The notes: generated by a model not told the origin, from the letters alone. A stretch of DNA of 64,000 nucleotides from Chloroflexota bacterium (GCA_038040195.1 JBBPIR010000002.1:1342-65341); one strand, 5' to 3'; shown: positions 36,875 to 47,384, numbered from the stretch's first letter. A program made the numbers and translations.

Positions 36875-39523
36875 ATGCAATCCCTTCCGGCGGCGGAGAT
36901 CCGCGAGCGCTTCCAGCGCTTCTTCGAGGCGCGCGGTCACACCCGGGTGCTGCCTGCCCCGCTGCTCGCACGCGACGATCCCACGCTGCTGTTCACGAAC
37001 TCGGGGATGGTCCAGTTCAAGCGGGTCCTGACCGGGGAAGAGACCCGCGCCTACAAGCGAGCTGTCGACAGCCAGCCGTGCCTGCGGGTGGCCGGCAAGC
37101 ACAACGACTTCGAGGAGGTGGGCCGCACACCCCGGCACCAGACCCTGTTCGAGATGCTCGGCAACTGGAGCTTCGGCGACTACTTCAAGCGCGATGCCAT
37201 CCACTGGGCGTGGGAGTTCCTGACCGATCCCGACCAGCTCGCGATGGACCCCGACCGTCTGGCAGCGACCGTCTACACCGATGACGACGAGGCCTATCGG
37301 ATCTGGACCGATGAGATCGGCCTCCCCGTCGATCGGGTCGTCCGCTGGGGCAACATCGCTGTCGGCGACGACCACAACTTCTGGCAGATGGCCGACACCG
37401 GGCCCTGCGGACCGTGCAGCGAGATCCATTTCGATCGGGGCGCCGAATTCAGCGAAGGGCCGGACTGCATCCCCGATCATTCCGAGACGTGCCCACGCTG
37501 GCTCGAGTTCTGGAACCTGGTCTTCATGCAGTTCGATCGGTCCGCGGATGGGACGCTCACCCCGCTGCCCTTCCAGAGCGTGGACACCGGCCTCGGGTTG
37601 GAGCGGACGGCGTCGATCGTCCAGGAGGTCGAGAGCAACTACAAGACCGACCTGTTCACGAAGATCATCGAGCGGCTTCGGTTTCGTCTCGGCCACGACC
37701 CGGAGACCGTGGAGGCCGAGCGTTTCAGCTACCAGGTCGTGGCCGACCACTCGCGGGCCATGACCTTTCTCATCGCCGAAGGCGTTCGACCGTCGAACGA
37801 AGGGCCGGGCTACGTCCTGCGCAGGATCATGCGGCGCGCCGTCCGCCACGTGCGGCTGATGGGGATCTCCCAGCCAGTTCTGTCGGAGACCTGCGCGGCG
37901 GTGATCGAGCTGATGGGGCCGGCGTATCCGAACCTCGCGGAACGCCAGGAGGAGGTCCTGTCCGAGGTTGACGCCGAGGAGAAGCGCTTTGCGCGGACGC
38001 TGGAAGCCGGCTCGGAGCGGCTGGCGCAGCTGGTCGAGGCTGCAGGGAACTTGGGCATGATCAGTGGTGACGACGCGTTCAAGCTCCATGACACGTTCGG
38101 CTTCCCGATCGACCTCACGGTCGAGATCGCGGCCGAGGCGGGAGTGCGTGTCGACCGTGACGGATTCGAGGCCGCCATGACCGCGCAGCGCGAGCGGTCA
38201 CGCGGCGACAAGCGCGCCGGATACACGTCCGATCCGGCCCTCGCCGGCCTGGCGTCGGAGTTCATTGGCTACCCCAACCAGACCCGGGCCGATGGGCTGG
38301 AGGTCATCGGCGTCAAACCGGCTACGGACGGCGGTCCGGCGGCCGTTGTGCTGGCCAAAACCCCGTTCTACCCCGAAGGCGGCGGGCAAATCGGCGACCG
38401 GGGGCGACTCATCGGAACGCGAGGGTCGCTGGAGGTGGTCGACACCCAGCGCGACAAAGATGCCATCGTCCATCTCGGTGCCCTGGATGGCGAGCTGGCG
38501 GTGGGCGAGGCGGTCCGAGGCGAGGTGGATGAGGAGCGGCGCTGGGCTGCGGCGCGCAACCATACCGCTACCCACCTGCTGCATCGGGCGCTGCGTGACG
38601 TGCTCGGGGAGCAGGCCAAGCAGGCGGGGAGCTGGGTCGGCCCGGAGGGGTTGCGCTTCGACTTCCCGGCCGACACGCCGACGCCACGCGACACGCTGAC
38701 CCGCATCGAGGCCATCGTCAACGAGCAGGTCCGTCGGAACCTGGAGGTGACGCCGGCCTGGATGCCGCTGGCCGAGGCGCAGGCCTCGGGCGCGGACATG
38801 TTCTTCGGGGAGAAATATGTCCCCGAGTCCGTGCGGCTGGTAGCCTGCGGCGACTATTCGCGCGAGCTGTGTGGCGGTACCCACCTGGCGGCCACGGGGC
38901 AGATCGGCTCCTTCCGGATCACCGGCGAATCAAGCATCGGCGCCGGCATGCGCCGAGTCGAAGCCCTGACCGGGGCCGCGGCGGAAACGCTCATCGCGAC
39001 CCGCCTGGATGCACTGCGCGCCGCGGCGCATCTGCTTGAGACGCGTGAGGAAGAGGTCCCGGCACGGATCGAAGCCCTCCTGGCTCGCGTGCGCGAGGCC
39101 GAGCGCGGCGGACGCGCGGCGGCAGCGCCCCGGTCGCGCCTCGACGCGGCAGCGGCGCTGCGTGACGCTCAGCAGGCAGGGGATGCGGCCGTGATCGTGC
39201 AGCCCTACCCCGAGGCCGATGCCAGCGCCCTGCGCGCCCTGGTGGATGACCTGCGGGCCGCGGGCGGTCGGTTCGTGGCTGTCGTGACCGGCGCCGCCGA
39301 CGGCCAGCCGACGTTGGTCGTGGCGGCCAGTCGAGACCTGGCCTCCGAAGGGTTTGACGCAGCCGACATCGTGCGGCAGGTGGCTCCTCTCATCAGGGGC
39401 GGCGGAGGAGGTCGGGCGGACATGGCCCAGGCCGGCGGGTCGGATCCATCCGGCCTGGACCGGGCGTTGGCCGAGGCTGCCCGAATCGCGCTGGACGCTC
39501 TCCACGCCATCGAGGCACGCTGA
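36875..39523 (+). CDS. alaS: Alanine--tRNA ligase
   Basis: FTNSGMVQFK, WNLVFMQF, editing domain HTATHLLH, C-terminal DHHA1 GGGGGRADMAQAGG. Confidence 0.96.
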   Translation: MQSLPAAEIRERFQRFFEARGHTRVLPAPLLARDDPTLLFTNSGMVQFKRVLTGEETRAYKRAVDSQPCLRVAGKHNDFEEVGRTPRHQTLFEMLGNWSFGDYFKRDAIHWAWEFLTDPDQLAMDPDRLAATVYTDDDEAYRIWTDEIGLPVDRVVRWGNIAVGDDHNFWQMADTGPCGPCSEIHFDRGAEFSEGPDCIPDHSETCPRWLEFWNLVFMQFDRSADGTLTPLPFQSVDTGLGLERTASIVQEVESNYKTDLFTKIIERLRFRLGHDPETVEAERFSYQVVADHSRAMTFLIAEGVRPSNEGPGYVLRRIMRRAVRHVRLMGISQPVLSETCAAVIELMGPAYPNLAERQEEVLSEVDAEEKRFARTLEAGSERLAQLVEAAGNLGMISGDDAFKLHDTFGFPIDLTVEIAAEAGVRVDRDGFEAAMTAQRERSRGDKRAGYTSDPALAGLASEFIGYPNQTRADGLEVIGVKPATDGGPAAVVLAKTPFYPEGGGQIGDRGRLIGTRGSLEVVDTQRDKDAIVHLGALDGELAVGEAVRGEVDEERRWAAARNHTATHLLHRALRDVLGEQAKQAGSWVGPEGLRFDFPADTPTPRDTLTRIEAIVNEQVRRNLEVTPAWMPLAEAQASGADMFFGEKYVPESVRLVACGDYSRELCGGTHLAATGQIGSFRITGESSIGAGMRRVEALTGAAAETLIATRLDALRAAAHLLETREEEVPARIEALLARVREAERGGRAAAAPRSRLDAAAALRDAQQAGDAAVIVQPYPEADASALRALVDDLRAAGGRFVAVVTGAADGQPTLVVAASRDLASEGFDAADIVRQVAPLIRGGGGGRADMAQAGGSDPSGLDRALAEAARIALDALHAIEAR

Positions 39524-39549
39524 GCCGTGCGCCGGATGGGGCCTGTCGC

Positions 39550-39969
39550 GTGGGCCGTTTGATCGGCATCGACCCCGGGGAACGACGGATTGGCGTCGCG
39601 GTGGGCGACGAGGAGACCGGCATGGCATTTCCCCGCCCGGCGCTCAGGGCCGGCTCGCGGGCCCCGGCTGGCATCCGCGCCCTCGCCGATGCGGAAGGCA
39701 CGCAACGGATCATCGTGGGTCTGCCTCTCAACATGGATGGCAGCGAGGGGTCGCAGGCCGCCGCGGCGCGCGCCTTTGGTGCGCGATTGGGTGCGCTGGG
39801 GCTGGACGTGACCTTCAGCGACGAGCGCCTCACGACCTGGGATGCGGCGGAGCGAATGGCCCGGTCCGCCTCAGGCCCATCCGCCCCAGACGCGATAGAC
39901 TCTGCCGCCGCCGCCCTCATCCTGGAGCAGTACCTCGTCGATCGCCGGCGGCGGCCTGAGGGAGCTTGA
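39550..39969 (+). CDS. ruvX: Holliday-junction-resolvase-like nuclease RuvX/YqgF
   Basis: LIGIDPGERRIGVAV, IIVGLPLNMDGSEG. Confidence 0.9.
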   Translation: MGRLIGIDPGERRIGVAVGDEETGMAFPRPALRAGSRAPAGIRALADAEGTQRIIVGLPLNMDGSEGSQAAAARAFGARLGALGLDVTFSDERLTTWDAAERMARSASGPSAPDAIDSAAAALILEQYLVDRRRRPEGA

Positions 39970-41285
39970 TGTACGACCCGTCCATGACGCCTGCTGAGCA
40001 GGAGCAGGTTCGCAATGCGCGGATTCGCCGTCTCCGCGCCGAACGCGAGGGCGCGGGGCGGCGTCTGCGCGGCCGGCCGCTGCAGCCCCTCGTGCTGTTA
40101 GGGTGGATCGGTGGCGTCATCGCGCTGACGGTGATCGTCCTGTACCTCGCGGTGCTGGCCCTCTCCCCGGCCATCATGGCCTGGGTCGAAGCGCGGCCCA
40201 CCTTGATCCAGAACGAGCTGATCGTCGATTTCGTCAATTGGCACCGCCCCGAAGCCATCGCCGACGAGCCGGCCAACGACACCTATCGGCGCGTGTCAAT
40301 CGAGATCCCGCCTGGCGCGACCGATGCCTTCATCGGCCAGCTGCTGGTGACCCGGGGCCTGATTCACAGCGAGTTGGCCTTCCACCACCAGGTGTACGAG
40401 GCCAACCGGGAGGGCAACCTGCAGGCGGGTCAGTACGACCTCTCGCCCACCATGCGTCCTTCGTTCATCATCGCCGCCCTGCGCCAGGAAGCGGGGCCCG
40501 AGGTCACGGTCACGATCCTGGAGGGGTTGCGCCTGGAGGAAGTCGTCGCCTACGTGGGCACGACCGACCTGACCATGGACCTGGACGAGTTTCGTTTGCT
40601 GGTCACCACTCCACCGCCTGACCTCCTGGCCGCGTATCCGTTCCTGGCTGAGCTGCCCGCCGGGCGGACCCTGGAGGGCTACCTGTATCCGGACACCTAC
40701 CGCGTCTTCGCCAACGCCACCGCCCGTGCCGTCGTGGAACGCCTCCTGACGACGTTCGACCAGCGGCTGAGCCAGGAGATTCGTGACCAGCTTGCCGTGC
40801 GGGGGCTGACGATCGACTACGCCGTTCGGTTGGGGTCGATCGTGGAACGCGAGGCCGTGCTCGACGAAGAGCGTCCCCTCATCGCCGGTGTCTATACCCA
40901 ACGCCTGCAGACCGCGGGTTGGAACCTGGACGCCGATCCGACGCTGCAGTACGGGCTCGCCACGGCCGAGTTTGGGGCCTTGCCGATGTCCGAGTGGGGA
41001 ACCGTCCGCTGGTGGCAGCCGCTGCCGGCCGGCGGGGCGGAGATCGTCCTTCCCGAGGCATTGCTTCCATTCCAGACCTACCAGGTCGGCGGCTTGCCGC
41101 CCATCCCAATCGCCTCCCCGCGCATCGCGTCCATCCAGGCGGCCGTCTTCCCCGACCTGTCCAGCGGATACTTCTTCTTCGTGGCCGCATGCCCCGACGG
41201 GGTGCGGGATGGGTCGCACCGCTTCGCGGTGACGCTCGCCGAGCACGACGCGAACATCGCCCAGATGAACGCGGAGTGCCCCTGA
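39969..41285 (+). CDS. mltG: Endolytic murein transglycosylase MltG (YceG-like)
   Basis: ATG 39969 after GAGGGAG, overlapping the ruvX stop (TGATG). N-terminal TM, YLYPDTY, SIVEREA catalytic Glu region, DADPTLQYG. Confidence 0.88.
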   Translation: MYDPSMTPAEQEQVRNARIRRLRAEREGAGRRLRGRPLQPLVLLGWIGGVIALTVIVLYLAVLALSPAIMAWVEARPTLIQNELIVDFVNWHRPEAIADEPANDTYRRVSIEIPPGATDAFIGQLLVTRGLIHSELAFHHQVYEANREGNLQAGQYDLSPTMRPSFIIAALRQEAGPEVTVTILEGLRLEEVVAYVGTTDLTMDLDEFRLLVTTPPPDLLAAYPFLAELPAGRTLEGYLYPDTYRVFANATARAVVERLLTTFDQRLSQEIRDQLAVRGLTIDYAVRLGSIVEREAVLDEERPLIAGVYTQRLQTAGWNLDADPTLQYGLATAEFGALPMSEWGTVRWWQPLPAGGAEIVLPEALLPFQTYQVGGLPPIPIASPRIASIQAAVFPDLSSGYFFFVAACPDGVRDGSHRFAVTLAEHDANIAQMNAECP

Positions 41286-41287
41286 CC

Positions 41288-42427
41288 GTGGCCGGCCCCG
41301 ATCCGTTCGCCGAGGAGCGACCGGCTCGTGCGGCGGCCCTGCGGAAGCTCCTCGTCGAGCGCGCGTTGGACGGCATCCTGGTCCAGTCCCGAGCTACCAG
41401 CCGCCACCTGTCCGGGTTCGCCCTGCGGCGGGGCGACGAGTCCACATCGGGCTACTCCGGCACGCTGCTCGTCACCACCGACCGGAGCTGGATCCTGGCC
41501 GACAACCGCTATCTGGAACAGGCGGCGGCCGAGGCGCCGGGATGGGAGCTTGTCCTGACCGCCGACCCCCTCCCCGTCGCCCTGCCGCCTATGCTCGCCG
41601 AGGCGGGCATTCGTCGACTGGGCCTGGAGGCTGACCGCACCTCGCACGCGGTGTGGCAAGCCCTTTTGGCCGCTGCGGCCGCGGTCGAGTTGGTGCCCGT
41701 AGAATCCGATCTGGCCGAGCTGCGCATCGTGAAGAGCGCGGCCGAGATCGACGCCATCGGCCGCGCCTGCGCGCTCGGTGACCGCGCCTTCGACTTCGTC
41801 GTGGCGGCCGTCCAGCCTGGCATGACCGAGCGTGAGGTGGCGCGGCTCATCACCCAGTTCTTCGAGGACCACGGCGCCGAGGACCTCGCATTCGACAGCA
41901 TCGTGCTCGTCGGCGCACGGGCCTCGATGCCGCATGGCACCCCGGACCACACCCTGGTCCGGCTGGGCCAGCCACTGTTGATGGACTTCGGCTGCCAGGT
42001 TGACGGATACCGCTCCGACATGACCCGAACGGTGTTCGTGGGCCAGCCCGACCCGCAGGCGCGGCGCCGCCACGACCTGGTGGCCGGGGCGCAGCAGGCC
42101 GCGTTGGCGGCGATCCGGGTTGGCGCGCCGGCCTCGGCGCCGCATCAGGCCGCCCAGGCGTATTTCACCGACGCCGGGTATCCGGGCGCCTTCAGCCACG
42201 GGGTCGGTCACGGGATCGGTCTCGAGACCCATGAGCCGCCCAGCCTGAAGACCTCCGATGCCCCGCTGCGGGCCGGGATGGTGTTCAGCGTGGAGCCGGG
42301 ACTCTATCTTCCCGGCGAGATCGGGATCCGGATCGAGGACATCGTCGTCCTCGAAGAAAGAGGTCCGCGGCTGCTGACGGCGTCGCCGCGCGAGGCGATC
42401 GTGATCGGCGAACGGCAAGCGGCATGA
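41288..42427 (+). CDS. pepP: Xaa-Pro aminopeptidase (M24B)
   Basis: GTG 41288. Creatinase-like N-domain, HGVGHGIGLETHEPP, VEPGLY, IRIED. Confidence 0.88.
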   Translation: MAGPDPFAEERPARAAALRKLLVERALDGILVQSRATSRHLSGFALRRGDESTSGYSGTLLVTTDRSWILADNRYLEQAAAEAPGWELVLTADPLPVALPPMLAEAGIRRLGLEADRTSHAVWQALLAAAAAVELVPVESDLAELRIVKSAAEIDAIGRACALGDRAFDFVVAAVQPGMTEREVARLITQFFEDHGAEDLAFDSIVLVGARASMPHGTPDHTLVRLGQPLLMDFGCQVDGYRSDMTRTVFVGQPDPQARRRHDLVAGAQQAALAAIRVGAPASAPHQAAQAYFTDAGYPGAFSHGVGHGIGLETHEPPSLKTSDAPLRAGMVFSVEPGLYLPGEIGIRIEDIVVLEERGPRLLTASPREAIVIGERQAA

Positions 42428-42984
42428 TCAGCACCGGGGAGATCCGAAAGGGGGTCGTGTTCGAGCTCGACGGCCAGCCGGTGAAGGTCCTCGACTGGAC
42501 GCATATCAAGATGGCCCGCGGCTCGGCCCAGGTCCGGCTCAAGATACAGAACGTGCGAACGGGCGCCATCACCGAGCGGACCTTTCAGGCCGGCACCCGC
42601 TGGCCCCGGGGCCGGGTGGAGCAGCGCAAGGTGCAATACCTGTACGCCGACGGCGACGCCTTTCACTTCATGGACACTGAGACCTACGACCAATTCGCGA
42701 TCAGCGCCGCCCAGCTGGGTGAGGACGCCCGGTTCCTGAAGGAGAGCACCGAGGTCACGGTGTCCTCGTACGAGGGCGAGGTCCTGGGCGTCGAGCTGCC
42801 GGTCAGCGTCGACCTTCGGGTGGCCAGCACCGAGCGCGGTTTCGCTGGCGACACCGCCACCGGCGCCCGCAAGCCGGCCACCCTCGAGACCGGGCTCGTG
42901 GTCCAGGTCCCGCTGTTCGTGAACGAGGGCGACCTGCTCCGCGTCGACACCCGGACCGGCGAGTACCAGACCCGGGTTCAGTAG
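42424..42984 (+). CDS. efp: Elongation factor P (Arg32-type loop)
   Basis: ATGA overlap with pepP. KGVVFELDGQPVKVLDWTHIKMARGSAQVRLK, three OB/KOW-like domains. Confidence 0.95.
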   Translation: MISTGEIRKGVVFELDGQPVKVLDWTHIKMARGSAQVRLKIQNVRTGAITERTFQAGTRWPRGRVEQRKVQYLYADGDAFHFMDTETYDQFAISAAQLGEDARFLKESTEVTVSSYEGEVLGVELPVSVDLRVASTERGFAGDTATGARKPATLETGLVVQVPLFVNEGDLLRVDTRTGEYQTRVQ

Positions 42985-43005
42985 GACCTTGGCCACGCCA
43001 AACCG

Positions 43006-44250
43006 ATGACGACCGCCCCCGAAGCCAGCGCTGGCCCGCGCGTGTGGCGGGTGTCCGATCTGAACCGGCGCGTCCGCGGGTTGCTCGACGCCGATGCCGC
43101 GCTGGCCGACGTCTGGGTCGAAGGCGAGGTCAGTGGGCCGAGCTTCCCCCCGTCGGGTCACTGCTTCTTCACCCTCAAGGACGCGCACAGCCAGATCCGG
43201 GCGGTCCTGTTCCGCGAGGAGCTGGAGCGTGCCACCGTCCGGCCCCAGCATGGCGCCCAGCTGGTGTGTCACGGCCGCGTCCGCGCCTACGAGCCGCAGG
43301 GCGTGTACCAGTTGTACGTGGAGTCGGTCACGCCCGTGGGGGCGGGTGACCTGCACGCCCAGTACGAGGCGCTCCGCGCCAAGCTGGCAGCGGAGGGCCT
43401 GTTCGAGGAGTCGCGCAAGCGGCCCCTCCCGCGCTGGCCGCGCCGGATCGGGGTCGTCACCTCCCCGGTGGGGGCGGTGTGGGACGACATCTGCACCGTT
43501 CTTCGGCGCCGGTACCCGCTGGTGGAGGTGGTCCTCTCGCCTACCGCCGTGCAGGGCGGCGTCTCCGCTCCGGCCATCGTGCGGGCCCTGCGGCGCCTGT
43601 ACGCCGTGGACGGCCTGGACCTTGTCATCCTGGCTCGCGGTGGCGGGTCGATCGAGGACCTGTGGGGCTTCAACGCGGAGGAGGTGGTGCGGACGGTGGC
43701 CGCATCGCCGGTCCCGGTCGTGGTCGGCGTCGGCCATGAGAGCGACATCACCCTGGCCGACTTCGCCGCCGACCGCCGCGCGCCCACGCCCTCCGCCGCG
43801 GCCGAGATTTCGGTCCCCGACGGGACGCAGCTGCCCACGATCCTGGCCCGCCTCAGCGAGCGGTCGGCGATCGCTACCGCGGCCCGGCTGGAAGCCGCCC
43901 GGCGGGCGGTGCGGGGGGAGGGTCGAGCCCTGACCGGGCTGCGACCAGACCTGTTGGCCGCTCGCCAGCGCGCCGCCGAGCTGCTCGATCGAGCCCACCG
44001 CGCCCTGGGGGCGGACCTCGAGCGGCGGCGGCTGGCGACCGCCGGCCTGCGGGACGCGTTGCGGGCGCTCGGCCCGGCGGCCACGCTCGACCGCGGCTAC
44101 GCCGTCGCGCGTCGTCCGGATGGCATGATCCTTCGCGACCCGACCGACGTGGAGGAGGGGGACGACTTCGAGGTCATCGTGGCCCGCGGCGCCGTGGATG
44201 CCCGGGTCACCGGCGTGCGGCCGGGCGAGATGGAGGAGCTCTTGGGATGA
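43006..44250 (+). CDS. xseA: Exodeoxyribonuclease VII large subunit
   Basis: N-terminal OB fold (VWVEGEVSG...GHCFFTLKD), ARGGGSIEDLWGFN, coiled-coil C-terminus. Confidence 0.93.
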   Translation: MTTAPEASAGPRVWRVSDLNRRVRGLLDADAALADVWVEGEVSGPSFPPSGHCFFTLKDAHSQIRAVLFREELERATVRPQHGAQLVCHGRVRAYEPQGVYQLYVESVTPVGAGDLHAQYEALRAKLAAEGLFEESRKRPLPRWPRRIGVVTSPVGAVWDDICTVLRRRYPLVEVVLSPTAVQGGVSAPAIVRALRRLYAVDGLDLVILARGGGSIEDLWGFNAEEVVRTVAASPVPVVVGVGHESDITLADFAADRRAPTPSAAAEISVPDGTQLPTILARLSERSAIATAARLEAARRAVRGEGRALTGLRPDLLAARQRAAELLDRAHRALGADLERRRLATAGLRDALRALGPAATLDRGYAVARRPDGMILRDPTDVEEGDDFEVIVARGAVDARVTGVRPGEMEELLG

Positions 44251-44510
44251 GCGGACCGGACCCCAGCGTTCCGGGCGATGACCTGGCCGGGCGGCCGTTC
44301 GACGAGCTGGTGGCCGAGCTCCAGCGGATCGTGCAGACCCTCGAGGCCGGCCAGGTCGGGCTCGAAGAGAGCATCGCCCTGTACCGCGAGGGACTTCGCC
44401 TCCACGCCGCCTGCGAGGAGCGGCTGCGGGCCGCCGAGCTGGCCATCACCGAGCTCGGGCGGCGCGGCCTGGCTGGCGCCGAGGTCCCGGAGGGGACCCC
44501 GGACGCCTGA
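44247..44510 (+). CDS. xseB: Exodeoxyribonuclease VII small subunit
   Basis: ATGA overlap with xseA. FDELVAELQRIVQTLEAGQVGLEESIALYREG. Confidence 0.9.
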   Translation: MSGPDPSVPGDDLAGRPFDELVAELQRIVQTLEAGQVGLEESIALYREGLRLHAACEERLRAAELAITELGRRGLAGAEVPEGTPDA

Positions 44511-44568
44511 CCTGCCCCCAGGCCCGGCGGCGGAGCCAGACGGGCATCGGTCTATACTCGCCTCCGTT

Positions 44569-46545
44569 TTGACCGCGAAGCCGTCGCCGACCGTTCTGGA
44601 GCGCATCTCCGAGCCCGCCCAGCTTCGGTCGCTGACCGATGCCGAGCTGGACCGGCTGGCCGCCGAGCTGCGCGCGACGATGATTCGCACCGTTCAGCGC
44701 ACGGGTGGGCATCTCGCCTCATCGCTGGGAGCCGTGGAGATCGCCATCGCCCTGCACCGGGTGATGGACTCGCCTCGCGACCGCATCGTGTGGGACACCG
44801 GGCACCAGGCATACGCCCACAAGCTCCTCACCGGCCGCACGTCGAGCTTCGGCACCCTGCGACAGGTCGGCGGCATCGGCGGCTTTCCCCGTCGCTCGGA
44901 GAGCCCGCACGACGTGTTCGACGGGGGCCATGCGGGGACCGGAGTGAGCATCGCAGCGGGGCTGGCGGCTGCTCGCGACCTGCGACCGCCGGGTGACCCT
45001 CGGCGCGAGCAGCGGATCGCGGTGTGCGTGGGTGATGCGGCACTGACAACCGGGCTGACCCTGGAGGCGCTGAATCACCTGGGCCAGACGCACAGCCGGA
45101 TGCTGATCATCCTCAACGACAACGAGATGAGCATCAGCCCGTCGGTGGGCGGACTGTCGACCCGCCTCAACAGGCTGCGCCTGTCGCGGGCCTACCAGGA
45201 GACGAAGTCGTTCACCGCGCGCGTCCTGCCCCGGATCCCGCTGATCGGGCGTCCGCTGTACGACCTCCTGGCCTGGGCCAAGGAGGGCTTCAAGCGCTCG
45301 TGGGCCAAGGTTTCGTTCTTCGAGGACATGGGGATCACCTACATCGGCGTCCTCGACGGCCATGACCGGGCCGATATGGAGGAGGCCTTCGAGGCCGCGT
45401 TCCACATCGACCGCCCGGTCCTGATCCACGTCAAGACCATCAAGGGACGCGGATACGGGCCGGCCGAGCAGGACAGCCAGGCCTTCCACGGGGCGAGCCT
45501 GCCGCCCATCGATCTGGGCCTCCTTGACCCCACCGAGGAGCCGCTGCCGGCCGCGGGGGCGGCCGGGCACCGGCCGAAGTCGTACACCCAGGTCTTCGCC
45601 GAAGAGCTGATCCGGCTGGCGGAGGCCGATCCGCGGATCTGCGCCCTCACCGCCGGCATGCCCACCGGGACCGGTCTGTCCGCCTTCCAGCAGCGGTTTC
45701 CGAGCCGATTCTTCGACGTCGGGATCGCCGAGCAGCATGCGCTGACGATGGCCACCGGGCTGGCGCTGGCCGGCATGCGCCCGGTGGTCGCCATCTACTC
45801 GACCTTCAGCCAGCGGGCCTTCGATCAGCTGGTCCACGACGTGTGCCAGAACAATGCGCCGGTGGTGCTGGGCATCGACCGGGCAGGACTGGTCGGGGAG
45901 GACGGGACCAGCCACCAGGGAATGTTCACCCTCCCCGCCCAGCGCGCCCTTCCGAACCTGGTCATCGGCTCACCGCGCGACGAGCAGGAGCTGCGCGACC
46001 TGGTGGTGACCGCCCTCGCGTATGAGGGTCCCATATCCCTTCATTACCCGCGCGACGCCGGGGAGGACCTGCCGGATCGCATCGGGCGTGCGGTCGAGAT
46101 CGGGAAGGGCGAGGTCCTGCGGAAAGGCGCCGACCTGCTCATGGTCGGCTTCGGTCCCATCGTCCAGCGGCTGCTCCTGGCTGCCGACGAGCTGGGGGCG
46201 GCGGGCCTGGACGCGACCGTGGTCAACGCGCGCTGGGCCAAGCCAATCGATGCCGGTCTGCTGGCCCGCCTGGCGGCGGGCAAGCGCTTGGTCGTCACCG
46301 CCGAGGAGAGCGCCGCGATGGGCGGATTCGGGGACGGGGTGCTCGACGCGCTCAACCAGGCCGGGGTGCACGCGCCGGTGCTGAAGATCGCCCTCAGTGA
46401 AGGATTCGTCGACCATGGCTCCGTGGACGACCTGCGCCGCCAGCAGCGCATCGACGTCCCCGGCATCGTGGCCCGCATTCGCGAGGCGCTGGGGATCGAC
46501 GTGGCGGTCGACGAGAGCCGCGCCCCGACGTCGACCGCCGCCTGA
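44569..46545 (+). CDS. dxs: 1-deoxy-D-xylulose-5-phosphate synthase
   Basis: Start re-called to TTG 44569 (LTAKPSPTVLERISEPAQLRSLTDAELDRLAAELR fits the Dxs N-terminus). GGHLASSLGAVE, DTGHQAYAHKLLTGR, TPP motif GDAALTTG. Confidence 0.93.
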   Translation: MTAKPSPTVLERISEPAQLRSLTDAELDRLAAELRATMIRTVQRTGGHLASSLGAVEIAIALHRVMDSPRDRIVWDTGHQAYAHKLLTGRTSSFGTLRQVGGIGGFPRRSESPHDVFDGGHAGTGVSIAAGLAAARDLRPPGDPRREQRIAVCVGDAALTTGLTLEALNHLGQTHSRMLIILNDNEMSISPSVGGLSTRLNRLRLSRAYQETKSFTARVLPRIPLIGRPLYDLLAWAKEGFKRSWAKVSFFEDMGITYIGVLDGHDRADMEEAFEAAFHIDRPVLIHVKTIKGRGYGPAEQDSQAFHGASLPPIDLGLLDPTEEPLPAAGAAGHRPKSYTQVFAEELIRLAEADPRICALTAGMPTGTGLSAFQQRFPSRFFDVGIAEQHALTMATGLALAGMRPVVAIYSTFSQRAFDQLVHDVCQNNAPVVLGIDRAGLVGEDGTSHQGMFTLPAQRALPNLVIGSPRDEQELRDLVVTALAYEGPISLHYPRDAGEDLPDRIGRAVEIGKGEVLRKGADLLMVGFGPIVQRLLLAADELGAAGLDATVVNARWAKPIDAGLLARLAAGKRLVVTAEESAAMGGFGDGVLDALNQAGVHAPVLKIALSEGFVDHGSVDDLRRQQRIDVPGIVARIREALGIDVAVDESRAPTSTAA

Positions 46546-46548
46546 CCG

Positions 46549-47382
46549 ATGCCCGGCCCCGGGCCGGGGGCGCGGATCCGCGCCGACCAGCTGGTCGTGG
46601 ACCGCGGGCTGGCCCGATCGCGGGCCGAGGCGCAGGCGCTCATCCTGGCCGGCGCGATTCGCATCCACGGCGCCGAGGGCCGTCGCTTGGCCGCCGGACA
46701 ACGCCTCGACCCATCGCTGACCCTGGTTCGCGATCCCGGTGCGGCCTGGGCGTCGCGGGGCGGTGAGAAGCTCGCGGCGGCGCTGGACGCGTTCGGCGTC
46801 GACGTCGTCGGGCTGGTGTGCCTCGATGCCGGCGCGTCGACTGGCGGATTCACCGATGTCCTCCAGGCACGCGGCGCGCGGCGGGTGTACGCGGTGGACG
46901 TCGGGCACGGCCAGCTCCTTCCCCGACTGGCCGAGGATCCGCGGATCGAGGTCATGGATCGCACGAATCTTCGGAACTTGACGTCTCTACCAGAGCCGGT
47001 GGACCTCGCGACGCTCGACCTGTCGTTCATCTCGCTTCGCCTGGTGCTGGCTCCGGTCCGCCGTCTGCTGGCGCCCCAAGGACGGGTGGTCGCGCTGGTC
47101 AAGCCCCAGTTCGAGGCCGGCCGCGCCGACGTGCCGCGGGGTGGCGTGGTCCGCGAGCCGGCCGTCCATCGCCGGGTCCTCATTCAGCTGGCGGCGGATG
47201 CCCGTCGGGCTGGTTTCGCCGCCGTGAACGTCGTCGCATCGCCGCGGACCGGCCGCCAGGGCAACCGCGAGTTCTTGGTCCTCCTCCGCGCGGCCGAGCC
47301 ATCGGACCCGGAGTCGCCGCACGACGAGCCGAGGTGGGGCGTCCTGGTCGACGCCGCCTTGGAGCCGCGTATTACGATCTGA
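46549..47382 (+). CDS. tlyA: TlyA-family rRNA 2'-O-methyltransferase
   Basis: S4-like RADQLVVDRGLARSRAEAQALI, SAM motif LDAGASTGGFTDVL. Confidence 0.9.
   Translation: MPGPGPGARIRADQLVVDRGLARSRAEAQALILAGAIRIHGAEGRRLAAGQRLDPSLTLVRDPGAAWASRGGEKLAAALDAFGVDVVGLVCLDAGASTGGFTDVLQARGARRVYAVDVGHGQLLPRLAEDPRIEVMDRTNLRNLTSLPEPVDLATLDLSFISLRLVLAPVRRLLAPQGRVVALVKPQFEAGRADVPRGGVVREPAVHRRVLIQLAADARRAGFAAVNVVASPRTGRQGNREFLVLLRAAEPSDPESPHDEPRWGVLVDAALEPRITI
47373..47378 (+). promoter_or_regulatory. -10 hexamer TACGAT, 7 nt before the RHH-gene GTG (leaderless-type)
   Basis: It lies inside the last codons of tlyA. Last T at 47378, GTG at 47385. Confidence 0.4.
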
Positions 47383-47384
47383 CC

